Below, piece after piece: positions 19,225 to 29,210 of a stretch of DNA of 64,000 nt. The position numbers and the translations under genes were made by a program. The stretch comes from Candidatus Woesearchaeota archaeon (lineage in GTDB: Archaea > Nanobdellota > Nanobdellia > UBA10117 > JABICX01): positions 9,332 to 73,331 of the forward strand of contig JABHLG010000009.1 of NCBI GenBank assembly GCA_018692915.1. The letters are read 5' to 3'. Under the pieces are notes generated by a model. The model was not told the DNA's origin, ran no database searches, and was given only the letters and a program-made list of their open reading frames with translations. Each line of letters opens with the position of its first letter. Within the stretch, counting starts at the first letter, position 1.

Positions 19225-21015
19225 CTATTTCACAGTTACTGATTTTGCTAGGTTTCTTGGTTTATCTGGGTCACAACCACGTAGCAATGCTAGCTGATAA
19301 GCTAATATTTGCATAGGTATAATTTGGCAGATAGAATTTAAATCTTCTGCTTCTCTAACCTTTATATAAAAATCAAATAATTCATTGTTTTTTGGACCAA
19401 CACCTATAATGTATGCTCCTCTTGCTTTCAGCTCTGATGCATTGCTCATTATTTCTTTTTCTGTTCTATCTGACGTAAAGACAATACAAGGAGTTCCTTT
19501 GTCAATAAGTGCGATGGTCCCATGTTTCAATTCACCCCCAGCATAAGCTTCTGCATGAATATAACTAACTTCTTTTATTTTAAGTGCTGCCTCTAATGCT
19601 GTTGGATGTTGCAGACCTCTACCAATAAGATAAATATGTTGTGTATATCTCAGACGTTCTGAGAGCTCTTTAATATGGTCTCGCATAGCTTTTGAAGTTA
19701 AATAATAAATATATCGAATTAATTCTTTAAGTTTTGATCTGCCTTCTTCTTGCTGTCCTGCTAATTCATGTGCAATAAGAGATAATATGGCAATTTGAGA
19801 TGTATATGCTTTTGTTGATAAAACACAAATCTCTGGACCTGCGCCCTGAAGAATTGTTTTGTGAGATGCACGCATAATACTTGAACCCATAACATTTACA
19901 ATTGAAATCACTTTAGCGCCTCTTTCTTTTGCAACACGAATCGCTGCAAGTGTATCTGCTGTTTCTCCACTCTGAGATATTGCAATTACTAAGCTCTTTT
20001 TGTTCAAGAAATGTGTAAAATATTCAAACTCGGATGCCACACAAAAATTTACATGTGTTTTAGCAGTCTTAGAAAACAAATACATTCCATTCATACAAGA
20101 ATGTGCAGAAGTTCCACAAGCAACAAAGAAAATCCCTTGTGCTTCGCGTATTTCATTAGCAATATCTTTAATTTGCTTTGCAGGCAAAGATACAACTTTA
20201 CTAATTACATCAGCTTGTTCACTGATTTCTTTCATAAGATAATGGTCAAAATCACCTTTCTTTGCTTGCTCTGCATCCCAATCAATGCTTGTTGTCTTTC
20301 GATTAACAACTAAATTTTCTTTAAAATTAAAAATAGATAAATCTTCATTATCAATAATTGCTAAATCATTTTCTTCGAGGAAGATAACTTGTTTTGTATA
20401 ATCTAAAAACGCAGGAATATCTGATGCAATAAAAAACTCTTTTTTTCCAACACCAATAACTAATGGTGCTTCTTTTCTAATCGCAACAATTTGATTATGC
20501 TGTGAGTGCATAACAACTATCGCAAACTGACCATTAATGTGATTTAAAGAACGCTTTGCAGCATCAATGAAATCATAACCTCGGTTCATATGATACTCAA
20601 TTGTATTTGGAATAATTTCAGTATCTGTTTCTGATTCAAACTTAAAACCTTGTTTAATAAGAAAATCTCTTTGTTCTTGATAATTTTCAATTATACCATT
20701 ATGAACAACAGCAATTTTGCCACTATTTGATAAGTGAGGATGTGAATTTTTTTCTGAAACACCTCCATGTGTAGCCCAGCGAGTGTGCCCAATGCCAATG
20801 TTACTTTTTGGCATACCATCAACGTCAGTAGATTCAGTAATTTTACCAACAATTTTCTTAATAGTAAAATCTTTATCATTATTTTTAATTGCGACGCCCC
20901 AAGAATCATAGCCACGATATTCCAGAGTCTTTAACCCTTTAACAATAATTTCTGTAGCATTTCTCGGCCCATGATACGCAATAATCCCACACATATAACA
21001 AATATTATAAATCAA
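19225..21015 (-). CDS. glmS: glutamine--fructose-6-phosphate aminotransferase
   Basis: MCGIIAY N-terminal nucleophile followed by two SIS domains. Confidence 0.95.
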   Translation of the reverse strand: MIYNICYMCGIIAYHGPRNATEIIVKGLKTLEYRGYDSWGVAIKNNDKDFTIKKIVGKITESTDVDGMPKSNIGIGHTRWATHGGVSEKNSHPHLSNSGKIAVVHNGIIENYQEQRDFLIKQGFKFESETDTEIIPNTIEYHMNRGYDFIDAAKRSLNHINGQFAIVVMHSQHNQIVAIRKEAPLVIGVGKKEFFIASDIPAFLDYTKQVIFLEENDLAIIDNEDLSIFNFKENLVVNRKTTSIDWDAEQAKKGDFDHYLMKEISEQADVISKVVSLPAKQIKDIANEIREAQGIFFVACGTSAHSCMNGMYLFSKTAKTHVNFCVASEFEYFTHFLNKKSLVIAISQSGETADTLAAIRVAKERGAKVISIVNVMGSSIMRASHKTILQGAGPEICVLSTKAYTSQIAILSLIAHELAGQQEEGRSKLKELIRYIYYLTSKAMRDHIKELSERLRYTQHIYLIGRGLQHPTALEAALKIKEVSYIHAEAYAGGELKHGTIALIDKGTPCIVFTSDRTEKEIMSNASELKARGAYIIGVGPKNNELFDFYIKVREAEDLNSICQIIPMQILAYQLALLRGCDPDKPRNLAKSVTVK

Positions 21016-21048
21016 CTTAAAAGAATTATTTAACTAGAGAATAGAACT

Positions 21049-21588
21049 TTATTCAGTTTCTTCTGTTTCTTCAACTTCTTCTTGTTCAGGTGTTTCATCA
21101 AGTTGTTCAACTTCTTCTGCAACTGCTTCGACTTTTGGTTCTCCTTCGCCGCTAGGTGAAGGCTCTGCTGGGCTTTGCTCAGCTAAGTCTGCAGGAACTT
21201 CAGGCTTAGGTTCAGGTGCTTGCTCAACTACTTCTTCCACAGGTGCTTCTTGCTTTGGTTCTTCAGCAGGTGATTCAACTAGCTCAGTAGATGCTAATTC
21301 TCTTGAAATTCTGTTTAAATCAATATCCAGAGTTGAAACTCTAACGGTTCTGCCTTCTCTGTTCTTAAATTCTTCAGAATCCATTTTAATACCTGTAACT
21401 TCAATTTGGTCTCTTAAAAATCTACTTTTGACAACTTCAGCAACATCAACTGCTCTGCTAATGAACTTTCCACGAGAACGAATTACAACTTTATTTGCGC
21501 CCTTTGTTGTAAATTGCATAACTACTGCCGTTACGTAATTCATAAACGGCTTTCCACCAACAAAAATTGCGTGCTCCTCTGTCATCAT
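21049..21588 (-). CDS. albA: Alba DNA/RNA-binding protein with about 90-aa acidic P/E-rich C-terminal tail
   Basis: GGKPFMNYVTAVV ... VVIRSRGKFISRAVDVAEVV is the Alba core. The tail is EEPKQEAPVEE...EETEETE. Confidence 0.8.
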   Translation of the reverse strand: MMTEEHAIFVGGKPFMNYVTAVVMQFTTKGANKVVIRSRGKFISRAVDVAEVVKSRFLRDQIEVTGIKMDSEEFKNREGRTVRVSTLDIDLNRISRELASTELVESPAEEPKQEAPVEEVVEQAPEPKPEVPADLAEQSPAEPSPSGEGEPKVEAVAEEVEQLDETPEQEEVEETEETE

Positions 21589-21637
21589 TTCACCTTAGTA
21601 TTCTATGTAATCAAAGATTATGAGTATCTTATAAAGA

Positions 21638-21829
21638 TTAGTCTTCTGCAGTCTTCATTTTTTTAGTTATGTAGCCTGCAATCTTGTTTCTTAATTTCTT
21701 ACTTCTTACATCGCTCAGTGCTTGGACTTTTTGCTTGTTTCCTTGAAACTCTTTGTGTAGGTCGTCCTTATATAATTCGATGAATTTGTGTCCTAATCTC
21801 TTAATCTGTTTGGTTCTTATTCTACCCAT
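21638..21829 (-). CDS. rps17e: 30S ribosomal protein S17e
   Basis: MGRIRTKQIKR ... LRNKIAGYITKK. Confidence 0.8.
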   Translation of the reverse strand: MGRIRTKQIKRLGHKFIELYKDDLHKEFQGNKQKVQALSDVRSKKLRNKIAGYITKKMKTAED

Positions 21830-21904
21830 TATTTAAACCTAAAAAGGGTGTTTAAAAAGCTTTCTTATATATAAATCGTTAGACTGAAACGGTATATTAA
21901 CAAT

Positions 21905-23101
21905 CTATTTCCCACAAACTAATTCAATCACATCTCCATCTTTTAATACGTGGTCTTTGCCTATTGGGCGCTTTGTCTTGACATCATAAGCTGTTACAAA
22001 GTTCTTAACAAAGTCTTCGTGAATATGGCGAGCAAAATCTAAAACTGTTGAGTTTTGTGGAAACAGCCATGCATCTGGCAAGATATTTCCTTTAGAATCT
22101 CCAAGCTTTTTCATTCCACCTGGGAAAACAACAAAATATTTTAGCTCATCAAACACTGCTGTATTCAAACACTGCTGAACACCTGTTGCTCCAAGAGTTT
22201 TAAGAACTTTTGTTTTGATAAAATCAAGTGCCTTTTTCTGTTTATCAGATAACTTTCCAGTTTTTAGAATTTTAAAATCCTTATTTCCTGGAACATATTC
22301 AATTAATTCGTGCTTTGCAGCCTCTCGTAATGCTAATTCTGACTCTGATGAGCAAGGAATAATTTTATATGATGGAAATTGCTTTTTCAATTTCTTAATA
22401 TTATCTTTGGCTGTTGGCAAGTCTGCCTTATTTGCAGCAATAACCATTGGCTTTGAAACCTGTCGTAGCTCAGATGCAAATGCTTTCAAATCAATATCTG
22501 TCCACTTGCTAATATCACTATTCAAACCAAACTTCCTCATTGCTTTATGAATCATAGTTTCATTAATTTTCAGCCCAGAAAACTGTTTGTGGATTGCTTT
22601 AACTGAATCTTTATGCTCCATTGTAATAACTTTTGAAAATTTAGCCCAAACTTTCTTCATCATTCCAAAAAACCACATATCTAACTCAACTTCTAAAAAT
22701 TTGACATCATTAGCAGGGTCGTAGCTACCTGCTTTTACTGGCTCGCCTTTTTCATTTGTTGAACCTGCTGCATCAATAACATGAATTAAAACATCTGCTG
22801 AACTTAAATCATCAAGGAATTTATTACCCATTCCTTTTCCTTCGTGAGCTCCAGGAACTAAACCTGCAACATCAAGAAGTTTTACTGATATAAATCGCTC
22901 TCCATTAATACAAAATCCGTGCTTAGGATTACATTTTACTTTAAAGAATTTTTCAACACATTCATGTCTTACAAATCCCATGCCTGAATTTGGCTCAATA
23001 GTTGCAAAAGGATAATTAGCTATCTCTACCTCAGAAAGCGTAGCTGCCTTAAAGAACGTTGACTTTCCAACATTGGCTTTTCCTACAATACCTATTAACA
23101 T
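21905..23101 (-). CDS. ychF: Obg-like ATPase YchF/Ola1 family (C-terminal TGS-like domain)
   Basis: GIVGKANVGKSTFF P-loop. The C-terminus KDHVLKDGDVIELVCGK resembles the YchF TGS end. Confidence 0.8.
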   Translation of the reverse strand: MLIGIVGKANVGKSTFFKAATLSEVEIANYPFATIEPNSGMGFVRHECVEKFFKVKCNPKHGFCINGERFISVKLLDVAGLVPGAHEGKGMGNKFLDDLSSADVLIHVIDAAGSTNEKGEPVKAGSYDPANDVKFLEVELDMWFFGMMKKVWAKFSKVITMEHKDSVKAIHKQFSGLKINETMIHKAMRKFGLNSDISKWTDIDLKAFASELRQVSKPMVIAANKADLPTAKDNIKKLKKQFPSYKIIPCSSESELALREAAKHELIEYVPGNKDFKILKTGKLSDKQKKALDFIKTKVLKTLGATGVQQCLNTAVFDELKYFVVFPGGMKKLGDSKGNILPDAWLFPQNSTVLDFARHIHEDFVKNFVTAYDVKTKRPIGKDHVLKDGDVIELVCGK

Positions 23102-23219
23102 ATTTCACCTATTCCTGAAAAGACAACTAGCAAATTCGCTGAATTTGTGCAGTTAGCTTTACCAACTATTCCAATTAGCATTAAATAATTACAAAAACAA
23201 GGTATTTAAGGATTATTAA

Positions 23220-23633
23220 TTATAACTGTGCAAATTCTTTTAACTTATCTGAAATCTGAACGCTTAAAGGAACATAGACTGTTGCTTTAATTTCATATGT
23301 CAAAGGACCTGATTTTTGTTCATCTACATTTGCCCAATCATCAATCGCATTAATGCATGCGCTAAACAGCTGACTCTTATCTTGATAAGTTTCATTCTCA
23401 AGTAAAAGTTTAATAATTTCAGATTTGTATTTCTGGATTGTATCATCTAAGCTAAAATTTTGCTCATTTGGATGAATTTCAAGACGTGCCATGGAAATAT
23501 TACTACGTGGATATCGAATTGTTAATTCATAATGCCATTCAAAATCTGGAAACCTGCCAGCTCTTCTATCTCCTCGAGAAATACTTGCATTTATTTTTAT
23601 GAAATCTCTGTGCGTACCTTTTGGTGTAAACAT
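23220..23633 (-). CDS. hypothetical protein (137 aa)
   Basis: ORF track entry. Confidence 0.4.
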   Translation of the reverse strand: MFTPKGTHRDFIKINASISRGDRRAGRFPDFEWHYELTIRYPRSNISMARLEIHPNEQNFSLDDTIQKYKSEIIKLLLENETYQDKSQLFSACINAIDDWANVDEQKSGPLTYEIKATVYVPLSVQISDKLKEFAQL

Positions 23634-23742
23634 TCCTTAAAGCGTTAAAAAGATTTAAAAAGATTATTATTTCTTAGTAAATAATTAAATTTATTAATTT
23701 AATCACTAGTTTTATATAGTTCTTAATATAATTTTAATCAGA

Positions 23743-24027
23743 ATGGCATTCCCAATGAAACCCGAAATAAAATTCGTTGAGAAAGCATCAAGACTCGAAT
23801 TATTTATACGTTTAATTCTATGTTTCGTATATGGAATCATAGCAGAAATATGGGCAATATTCGTATTAATTGTTTGGGTCTTACAATGGTTCTACATCCT
23901 ATTCACAGGTAGACGACACAAATCTTTTGAAAACTTTACAAAAGGATTCTGGAGATACTGGGTAAGAGTTGTAGCATATTGTTTGATGTTAACTGACGAA
24001 AGGCCTCCTATTTCAGGACAGGCATAG
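23743..24027 (+). CDS. DUF4389-like small membrane protein
   Basis: The pattern RLxxFIRLILxxxxGIIAEIWAIFVLIVWVLQWFYILFTGRRHK ... WRYWVRVVAYCLMLTDERPP matches the DUF4389 layout. Confidence 0.55.
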   Translation: MAFPMKPEIKFVEKASRLELFIRLILCFVYGIIAEIWAIFVLIVWVLQWFYILFTGRRHKSFENFTKGFWRYWVRVVAYCLMLTDERPPISGQA

Positions 24028-24105
24028 TTACTCCTTAATATTTAAATATTGAGGGTAATTTTTCTTTTTTCGATTGTTTTTTATATTTTATGTTCTACTT
24101 ACTTT

Positions 24106-24846
24106 ATGAAATACAAGATTAGTGGAGATAATTTGCAGGTAGCTAATGTAAGCCTTGCAAAAAATGATATTGTAAATGCTGAAGCAGGTGCAATGGTTTA
24201 CAAATCAGGTAATGTTACAATTGATACTGAAACAAAAGGTGCTGGAAAAGCATTTAAGCGAATTTTAACTGGCGAATCTCTTTTTCTAACAAAGTTCAAG
24301 TCAGTTGGTGGTTCTGGAATAGTTGGTTTTGGTGGAAAAATTCCGGGTAAAATCAAAGTATTTCAATTAAAGAAAGGTCAACACATAATCGCAGAGAAAG
24401 GTGCTTATTTATGTTCTGACTCAACAATTGATATTGACCTAAAAACAGTTAAAAAAGTTGGAGCTGCCTTATTTGGTGGTGAAGGAATATTTTTACAGAA
24501 GATTTCTGGACCTGGAACAGTTTTACTACACGCTGCAGGAGATTTAATTGAATATAATCTTAAGAAATGTGAAAGACTTGATGTTGATACATCTCATTTA
24601 GTTGCTTTTGAACCAACAGTTGATTATGATATTCGCAGAGTTGGTGGAATCAAGACAACAGTATTTGGTGGTGAAGGATTATTCCTTGCGCAAATGACTG
24701 GACCGGGAAAAGTTATTCTTCAGAGCATGACAAAACAAATGTTAATGGGTCCTCGAACATCAGGTGGAACAACACATTCAAATATGGGTAGAAATCAAGC
24801 TGCAGGAAGTGTTCTTGGTGGAGTGCTAAGAGGTATATCTCACTGA
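24106..24846 (+). CDS. TIGR00266 / AIM24-family protein
   Basis: GESLFLTKF ... ALFGGEGIFLQKISGPGTVLLHAAGDLIEY ... DVDTSHLVAFE. The start is taken at MKYKISG (24106). The track ORF begins at 24049 with a probably spurious hydrophobic leader. Confidence 0.7.
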   Translation: MKYKISGDNLQVANVSLAKNDIVNAEAGAMVYKSGNVTIDTETKGAGKAFKRILTGESLFLTKFKSVGGSGIVGFGGKIPGKIKVFQLKKGQHIIAEKGAYLCSDSTIDIDLKTVKKVGAALFGGEGIFLQKISGPGTVLLHAAGDLIEYNLKKCERLDVDTSHLVAFEPTVDYDIRRVGGIKTTVFGGEGLFLAQMTGPGKVILQSMTKQMLMGPRTSGGTTHSNMGRNQAAGSVLGGVLRGISH

Positions 24847-25553
24847 TGAAACTTAAAGATAAAATTATTGTTATCACAGGTGCAAGTGATGGTATTGGAA
24901 AGCAAATTGCTTTAAGACTTGCTAAAGAAAACACTCGACTTGCTCTGATTGCAAGAGATAAAAAAAGATTAACTGAAGTTTCTAAATTATCTAAACAACT
25001 TGGTGCTGCAGAAGTTAAAATATATCTTTGTGACATTTGTAAAACTAAAAAATTAGAAAAAACTGTAAAGGATATTGTTTCTTATTTTGGTAGTATTGAT
25101 ATTCTTATTAACAATGCTGGAATCTGGCAGAAAATTAATCCTCTTGAAAAAATAAAAAAAGACATTGTTGATGAAATTATTGGAACTAATCTTACAGGTT
25201 TAATTCATATAACTAAATTATTTCTGCCTGTTCTGAAAAAACAAAAAGAATCTGCGATAATCAATGTTTCTTCAAGATCGGGTATTGTGCCACAAGAAGG
25301 TCAATCTGTATACTCTGCTAGCAAATATGGCGTTAAAGGATTCACAGATGTTCTTAAAATCGATCTTAAATCGACTAATGTAAAAGTTGCAGGAGTATAT
25401 CAGGGTGGAACAAATACAAGAATGTTCGCAAAAACTGGAGATAATTTCCCAACAGATAATTTTACTGAGCCGGCTGATTTAGCAGATGTTGTTGTATATA
25501 TGTTATCTAGACCTGCAAAAATATGGTTACCTGAAGTCCACATAGAACGCTAG
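24846..25553 (+). CDS. SDR-family short-chain dehydrogenase/reductase
   Basis: ITGASDGIGK cofactor motif, NNAG, and the YSASK catalytic motif. Confidence 0.85.
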   Translation: MKLKDKIIVITGASDGIGKQIALRLAKENTRLALIARDKKRLTEVSKLSKQLGAAEVKIYLCDICKTKKLEKTVKDIVSYFGSIDILINNAGIWQKINPLEKIKKDIVDEIIGTNLTGLIHITKLFLPVLKKQKESAIINVSSRSGIVPQEGQSVYSASKYGVKGFTDVLKIDLKSTNVKVAGVYQGGTNTRMFAKTGDNFPTDNFTEPADLADVVVYMLSRPAKIWLPEVHIER

Positions 25554-25586
25554 AAAACTATTTATTTCTGGACTTTTTTAGATAAT

Positions 25587-25802
25587 ATGAAAGGAACATC
25601 TTGGTTGAAAGGGATTGGTGGATTAATATTAGTTGCTTGTCTTGCAATTCTAGCGATTGTGTTCTTTGTGGCATTTAATGCATTATACGCAGCTGCACTA
25701 GCAATTCTTGCAATTGTTGCAATTATAGTTCTTCCATATTATTTTGGTAGACCAAATCAACCAGAAAAAGCAGGAAATTATAAGCTAAAGAAAATCAAGT
25801 AA
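25587..25802 (+). CDS. small membrane protein (71 aa, 2 TM)
   Basis: ORF track entry with a hydrophobic A/I/L-rich profile. Confidence 0.35.
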   Translation: MKGTSWLKGIGGLILVACLAILAIVFFVAFNALYAAALAILAIVAIIVLPYYFGRPNQPEKAGNYKLKKIK

Positions 25803-25837
25803 ACAAAAACTTATAACAGAAATATTAAACACAATAA

Positions 25838-26434
25838 ATGGACGAGCGAAAGACTAAAATTATTGCTTTTCTAAGAGAAATTGATAAATTCAAATTCATT
25901 ATTAGAGAAATTTATCGCACAGATGATAAAAAAGAAACTAACTCTGACCATGTATGGCACATTGCAATGTTCTTATTGCTTTTTGAAAAAGATGTAGCAG
26001 AACGCGTTGATATTCTCAAGTGCTTTAAGATGATTTTAATTCATGATATTGTTGAGATGTATGCAGGAGACACGTTTGCTTTTGTTGATGCAGATGCAAA
26101 GAAAGAAAAAGAAGTACAAGAAATAAAAGCTGCTGAAAAATTATTCGGACAGCTGCCAGAAGATTTAGGTGAAGAAATACACAATCTCTGGAAAGAATAT
26201 GAAGCTGCTGAAACTAAAGAGGCGCGATTTGTTAAAGGCTTAGACAGACTTCAAGCATTTAATCAAAACATCATAAGTAATGGTCGAATTTGGTGGGAAC
26301 GTAATGTTACATTTGATAAAGCTAAAGATTACAAACAAGAGTTCATAAATAGCGATGAGCTACTAACTGAAGTTTACAACGATATGCTAGAAGAAGTTAA
26401 GAAAATCTTCGATGACAAAAATAAGCAATCTTAA
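25838..26434 (+). CDS. HD-domain phosphohydrolase (YfbR-like 5'-deoxynucleotidase family)
   Basis: SDHVWH ... LIHDIVEMYAGD are the HD motifs. Confidence 0.7.
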   Translation: MDERKTKIIAFLREIDKFKFIIREIYRTDDKKETNSDHVWHIAMFLLLFEKDVAERVDILKCFKMILIHDIVEMYAGDTFAFVDADAKKEKEVQEIKAAEKLFGQLPEDLGEEIHNLWKEYEAAETKEARFVKGLDRLQAFNQNIISNGRIWWERNVTFDKAKDYKQEFINSDELLTEVYNDMLEEVKKIFDDKNKQS

Positions 26435-26436
26435 AA

Positions 26437-26871
26437 TTATTTAACACATTGTATGTAATATTTATCTAACACATCAGTTGCTTTCTCTAAAAGCTTATTC
26501 CAAGATATGGTATGATATGTATTAAAACTGCCCACACCCATATTACCTTTAAATTCCGTGAATGAACTACTCACATCCATATTGTCTTTAAATTCCGTGG
26601 ATGTTTTATCTTCTTTTGATAGAACTACTTTTTCAATACTAAAACCCGCATCTATACCTTTTACACTATTACTATGAATTTTAGGTTTAATTTCAATATT
26701 CTCTCCTCGACATACCTCTTCAACTATTTTTTTGAGTGAAAAATATTTCTGAATTGTAAACGGTCCTTCAAATTTAACAAAATATTCTTTTACCTCAAAT
26801 ACATTTTCTGGTGGTATGTAAGGATGTCCTATTTTTATACCTTCAAGAATATGTGTTATAGGTTTATTCAT
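26437..26871 (-). CDS. hypothetical protein with an internal tandem repeat (TEFKDNMDVSSS / TEFKGNMGVGS)
   Basis: ORF track entry. The repeat is also visible at the DNA level. Confidence 0.4.
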   Translation of the reverse strand: MNKPITHILEGIKIGHPYIPPENVFEVKEYFVKFEGPFTIQKYFSLKKIVEEVCRGENIEIKPKIHSNSVKGIDAGFSIEKVVLSKEDKTSTEFKDNMDVSSSFTEFKGNMGVGSFNTYHTISWNKLLEKATDVLDKYYIQCVK

Positions 26872-26948
26872 TCTAATTTAAAATATATTAATTAATAAAT
26901 ATTTATGTTTTCAGTTAAACTTTAAAGCATTAATTTCTTAGTTTTAAA

Positions 26949-28712
26949 ATGAGTAGAATAGCAATATTAAAACGTGCGGATTGTAATCCTAAAAAGTGCA
27001 GTCATGAATGTGAAAAATACTGTCCAGTTAATCGAACAGGTAAAGAATGTATCATTATAGATGAGACTGCAAAGATAGCTGAAGAGCTCTGCACGGGTTG
27101 TGGAATCTGCCCAAAAAAATGTCCATTTGATGCAATTCAAATTGTGAATCTTCCTCATCAGCTAAAAGAAAAACCTGTTTTCCGTTACGGTAAAAATGCT
27201 TTTGAACTTTTCAGACTCCCTGTTCCGCAAAAGGGTCAAGTTGTTGGTATATTAGGTTCAAATGGAATTGGTAAATCAACTGCACTTGAAATGTTAGCAG
27301 GACTTTTAAAACCAAATCTTGGTCAATTTGAAAAGGAACTTTTAGAAAAGGAAATTATTGATAGTTTTAAGGGAACTGAATTACAAGCATATTTTACTAA
27401 ATTATTTTCTAAGAAAATTTCAGTTAGTTACAAGCCACAATATATTGATTTAATCCCAAAGAAGTTTAAGGGTAAGGTTATTGACTTACTCTCAAAAGCA
27501 GGAAGCAAGAAACAAATTGATGAAATCTCAAAAGAAATTAACATTGGAGCGATTATTAACAGAAAAATTGAACAGCTATCAGGTGGAGAATTACAAAAAG
27601 TTGCAATTGCTGCTGCTGTATTAAAAGAAGCTGACTTATATTTGTTTGACGAGCCAGCATCTTATTTAGATGTTAAAGAAAGAGTTCGTGTTGCAAAAGT
27701 AATTAGAACTCTTGCTGAAAAAGGAAAGCATGTAATTGTCGTAGAACACGACTTGATTATTTTAGATTATCTTGCAGACCTCATTCATATTTTATTTGGG
27801 CAGATGGCAGCTTATGGAGTTGTATCACATCCCCTATCTGCTAAAAATGGCGTTAATACTTATTTAGATGGTTATTTACGAGATGAAAATATTCGATTTA
27901 GAACTCAATCAATTAAGTTTGACCATTCTGCAGCAGGTAGAAGCCAAGATTTAATTGTATTTACAAAATGGCCTGCACTTAAGAAAAAGCTAGGAACATT
28001 TAATCTAGAAATTGAACCTTCTGAAATTCACAAAAAAGAAATTGTTGGAATTGTTGGAGCAAATGCAATTGGTAAAACTACTTTTATGAAAATGATTGCA
28101 GGTCAACTTAAGCCAGACTCTGGCAAGATTCCTGCAAAACTAAAAATATCTTACAAAGAACAATATCTAAAACCACAAAAAGGCGTAACTGTAATGTCTG
28201 CACTTAGTTCAGTTACAAAAGAAATTATGACACAAAAATTCAAGCTAGATATTTTACGACCTTTGGAAATTGAACACTTGATGAATCACAAACTAGATGA
28301 ATTATCAGGTGGGGAACTTCAGAGAGTTGCAATTGCAGCGTGTCTTGCTCGCAAAGCAGATTTCTATTTGCTTGATGAACCTTCAACATATCTTGATGTT
28401 GAGCAAAGACTTCAAGCTGCTCGTGCAATTCAGAAAGTTATCAAAGATAGAGAAGCAGCAGCATTAGTAATTGACCATGACCTCTTATTTATCAACTATG
28501 TCTCAGATAGATTAATGGTTTTTGATGGAACTCCTGCAAAGAAAGGTAAAGCAAACAAAATTCAAACAGTTAAAGCTGGAATGAATCACTTTTTGAAAGA
28601 ACTAGATATCACATTAAGAAAAGACCCTTCAACTCACCGTCCTCGAGTTAACCAACCAGGAAGTCAGAAAGATAAAGTTCAAAGAAAACAAAATAAGTTT
28701 TACGAATTTTAA
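26949..28712 (+). CDS. abce1: ABCE1 / RNase L inhibitor-type ribosome recycling ATPase
   Basis: N-terminal 4Fe-4S ferredoxin Cys clusters (CNPKKCSHECEKYCP, CTGCGICPKKCP) followed by two ABC cassettes (LSGGELQ x2). Confidence 0.95.
   Translation: MSRIAILKRADCNPKKCSHECEKYCPVNRTGKECIIIDETAKIAEELCTGCGICPKKCPFDAIQIVNLPHQLKEKPVFRYGKNAFELFRLPVPQKGQVVGILGSNGIGKSTALEMLAGLLKPNLGQFEKELLEKEIIDSFKGTELQAYFTKLFSKKISVSYKPQYIDLIPKKFKGKVIDLLSKAGSKKQIDEISKEINIGAIINRKIEQLSGGELQKVAIAAAVLKEADLYLFDEPASYLDVKERVRVAKVIRTLAEKGKHVIVVEHDLIILDYLADLIHILFGQMAAYGVVSHPLSAKNGVNTYLDGYLRDENIRFRTQSIKFDHSAAGRSQDLIVFTKWPALKKKLGTFNLEIEPSEIHKKEIVGIVGANAIGKTTFMKMIAGQLKPDSGKIPAKLKISYKEQYLKPQKGVTVMSALSSVTKEIMTQKFKLDILRPLEIEHLMNHKLDELSGGELQRVAIAACLARKADFYLLDEPSTYLDVEQRLQAARAIQKVIKDREAAALVIDHDLLFINYVSDRLMVFDGTPAKKGKANKIQTVKAGMNHFLKELDITLRKDPSTHRPRVNQPGSQKDKVQRKQNKFYEF
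28671..28712 (+). repeat. direct repeat copy 1 (last 42 nt of ABCE1 including the stop)
   Basis: gataaagttcaaagaaaacaaaataagttttacgaattttaa is identical to 28804-28845 except for one C/T difference. Confidence 0.8.
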
Positions 28713-28781
28713 TATTTCTAAATTTTAAGAATAACAAGTTTTTTGACGAACAAATTTACGTTCTGAGGAGAAAAGGCGTGG

Positions 28782-28803
28782 TCAAACTTCGCCCGAAGTT
28801 TGA
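28782..28803. other. GC-rich perfect hairpin (9-bp stem, 4-nt loop) between the two repeat copies
   Basis: tcaaacttc-gccc-gaagtttga. It is an unusually GC-rich structured element in an AT-rich spacer. Confidence 0.5.
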
Positions 28804-28845
28804 GATAAAGTTCAAAGAAAACAAAATAAGTTTTATGAATTTTAA
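28804..28845 (+). repeat. direct repeat copy 2 (non-coding duplicate of the ABCE1 3' end)
   Basis: A 42-nt copy with one mismatch, 133 nt downstream of copy 1. Confidence 0.8.
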
Positions 28846-28922
28846 ATTTATTAAAACAAAAGTGCTAAAGATAATATCTTAATTAGTATTTGTTTAAAAA
28901 TATTCCTAACACGAAATGGGAT

Positions 28923-28972
28923 ATATCACGTATTGCAAATATCACGTATCTCAAAAAAAGATATATAAAGGG
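28923..28972 (+). promoter_or_regulatory. candidate promoter/operator upstream of the 29015 gene
   Basis: Direct repeat ATATCACGTAT (28923-28933 and 28939-28949, separated by tgcaa), then a purine tract and the TATA-like box gatatataaag (28960-28970), about 45 nt before the ATG. A strong SD (ggagg) lies at 29001-29005. Confidence 0.4.
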
Positions 28973-29014
28973 ACAACTCGAATTTTAGAATCCTAGAAAA
29001 GGAGGCTATACAAT

Positions 29015-29203
29015 ATGGTAAAAAGAATAATAACAAATCGACTATCGGGTGGACAACCCAAAGAAACGTGCGAAGACTGCGGAAGTGAAACTAAAGGTGT
29101 CTTAATGTTTAAAAAGTGTCCAGATTGTAAGAGCTCCCGAATTACAACACTTGCAGAAACCGGAGAGAAATTCTGTCGTGCATGTGGCTTAGTTTTACTT
29201 TAA
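29015..29203 (+). CDS. small zinc-ribbon protein resembling the N-terminal Zn-ribbon of TFB/TFIIB (62 aa)
   Basis: KCPDCKSSRITTLAETGEKFCRACGLVL matches the TFB ribbon pattern CPxCGxxxxxxDxxxGExVCxxCGxV, and there is an extra N-terminal CEDCGS pair. It is preceded by a strong SD. Confidence 0.55.
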   Translation: MVKRIITNRLSGGQPKETCEDCGSETKGVLMFKKCPDCKSSRITTLAETGEKFCRACGLVLL

Positions 29204-29210
29204 TTTTTAT

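Noticed and set aside
24049-24105. N-terminal 19-aa hydrophobic extension of the AIM24-family ORF
   Set aside because: Family members start at the conserved MKYKISG equivalent. The extension overlaps the upstream intergenic AT-tract and is probably not translated.
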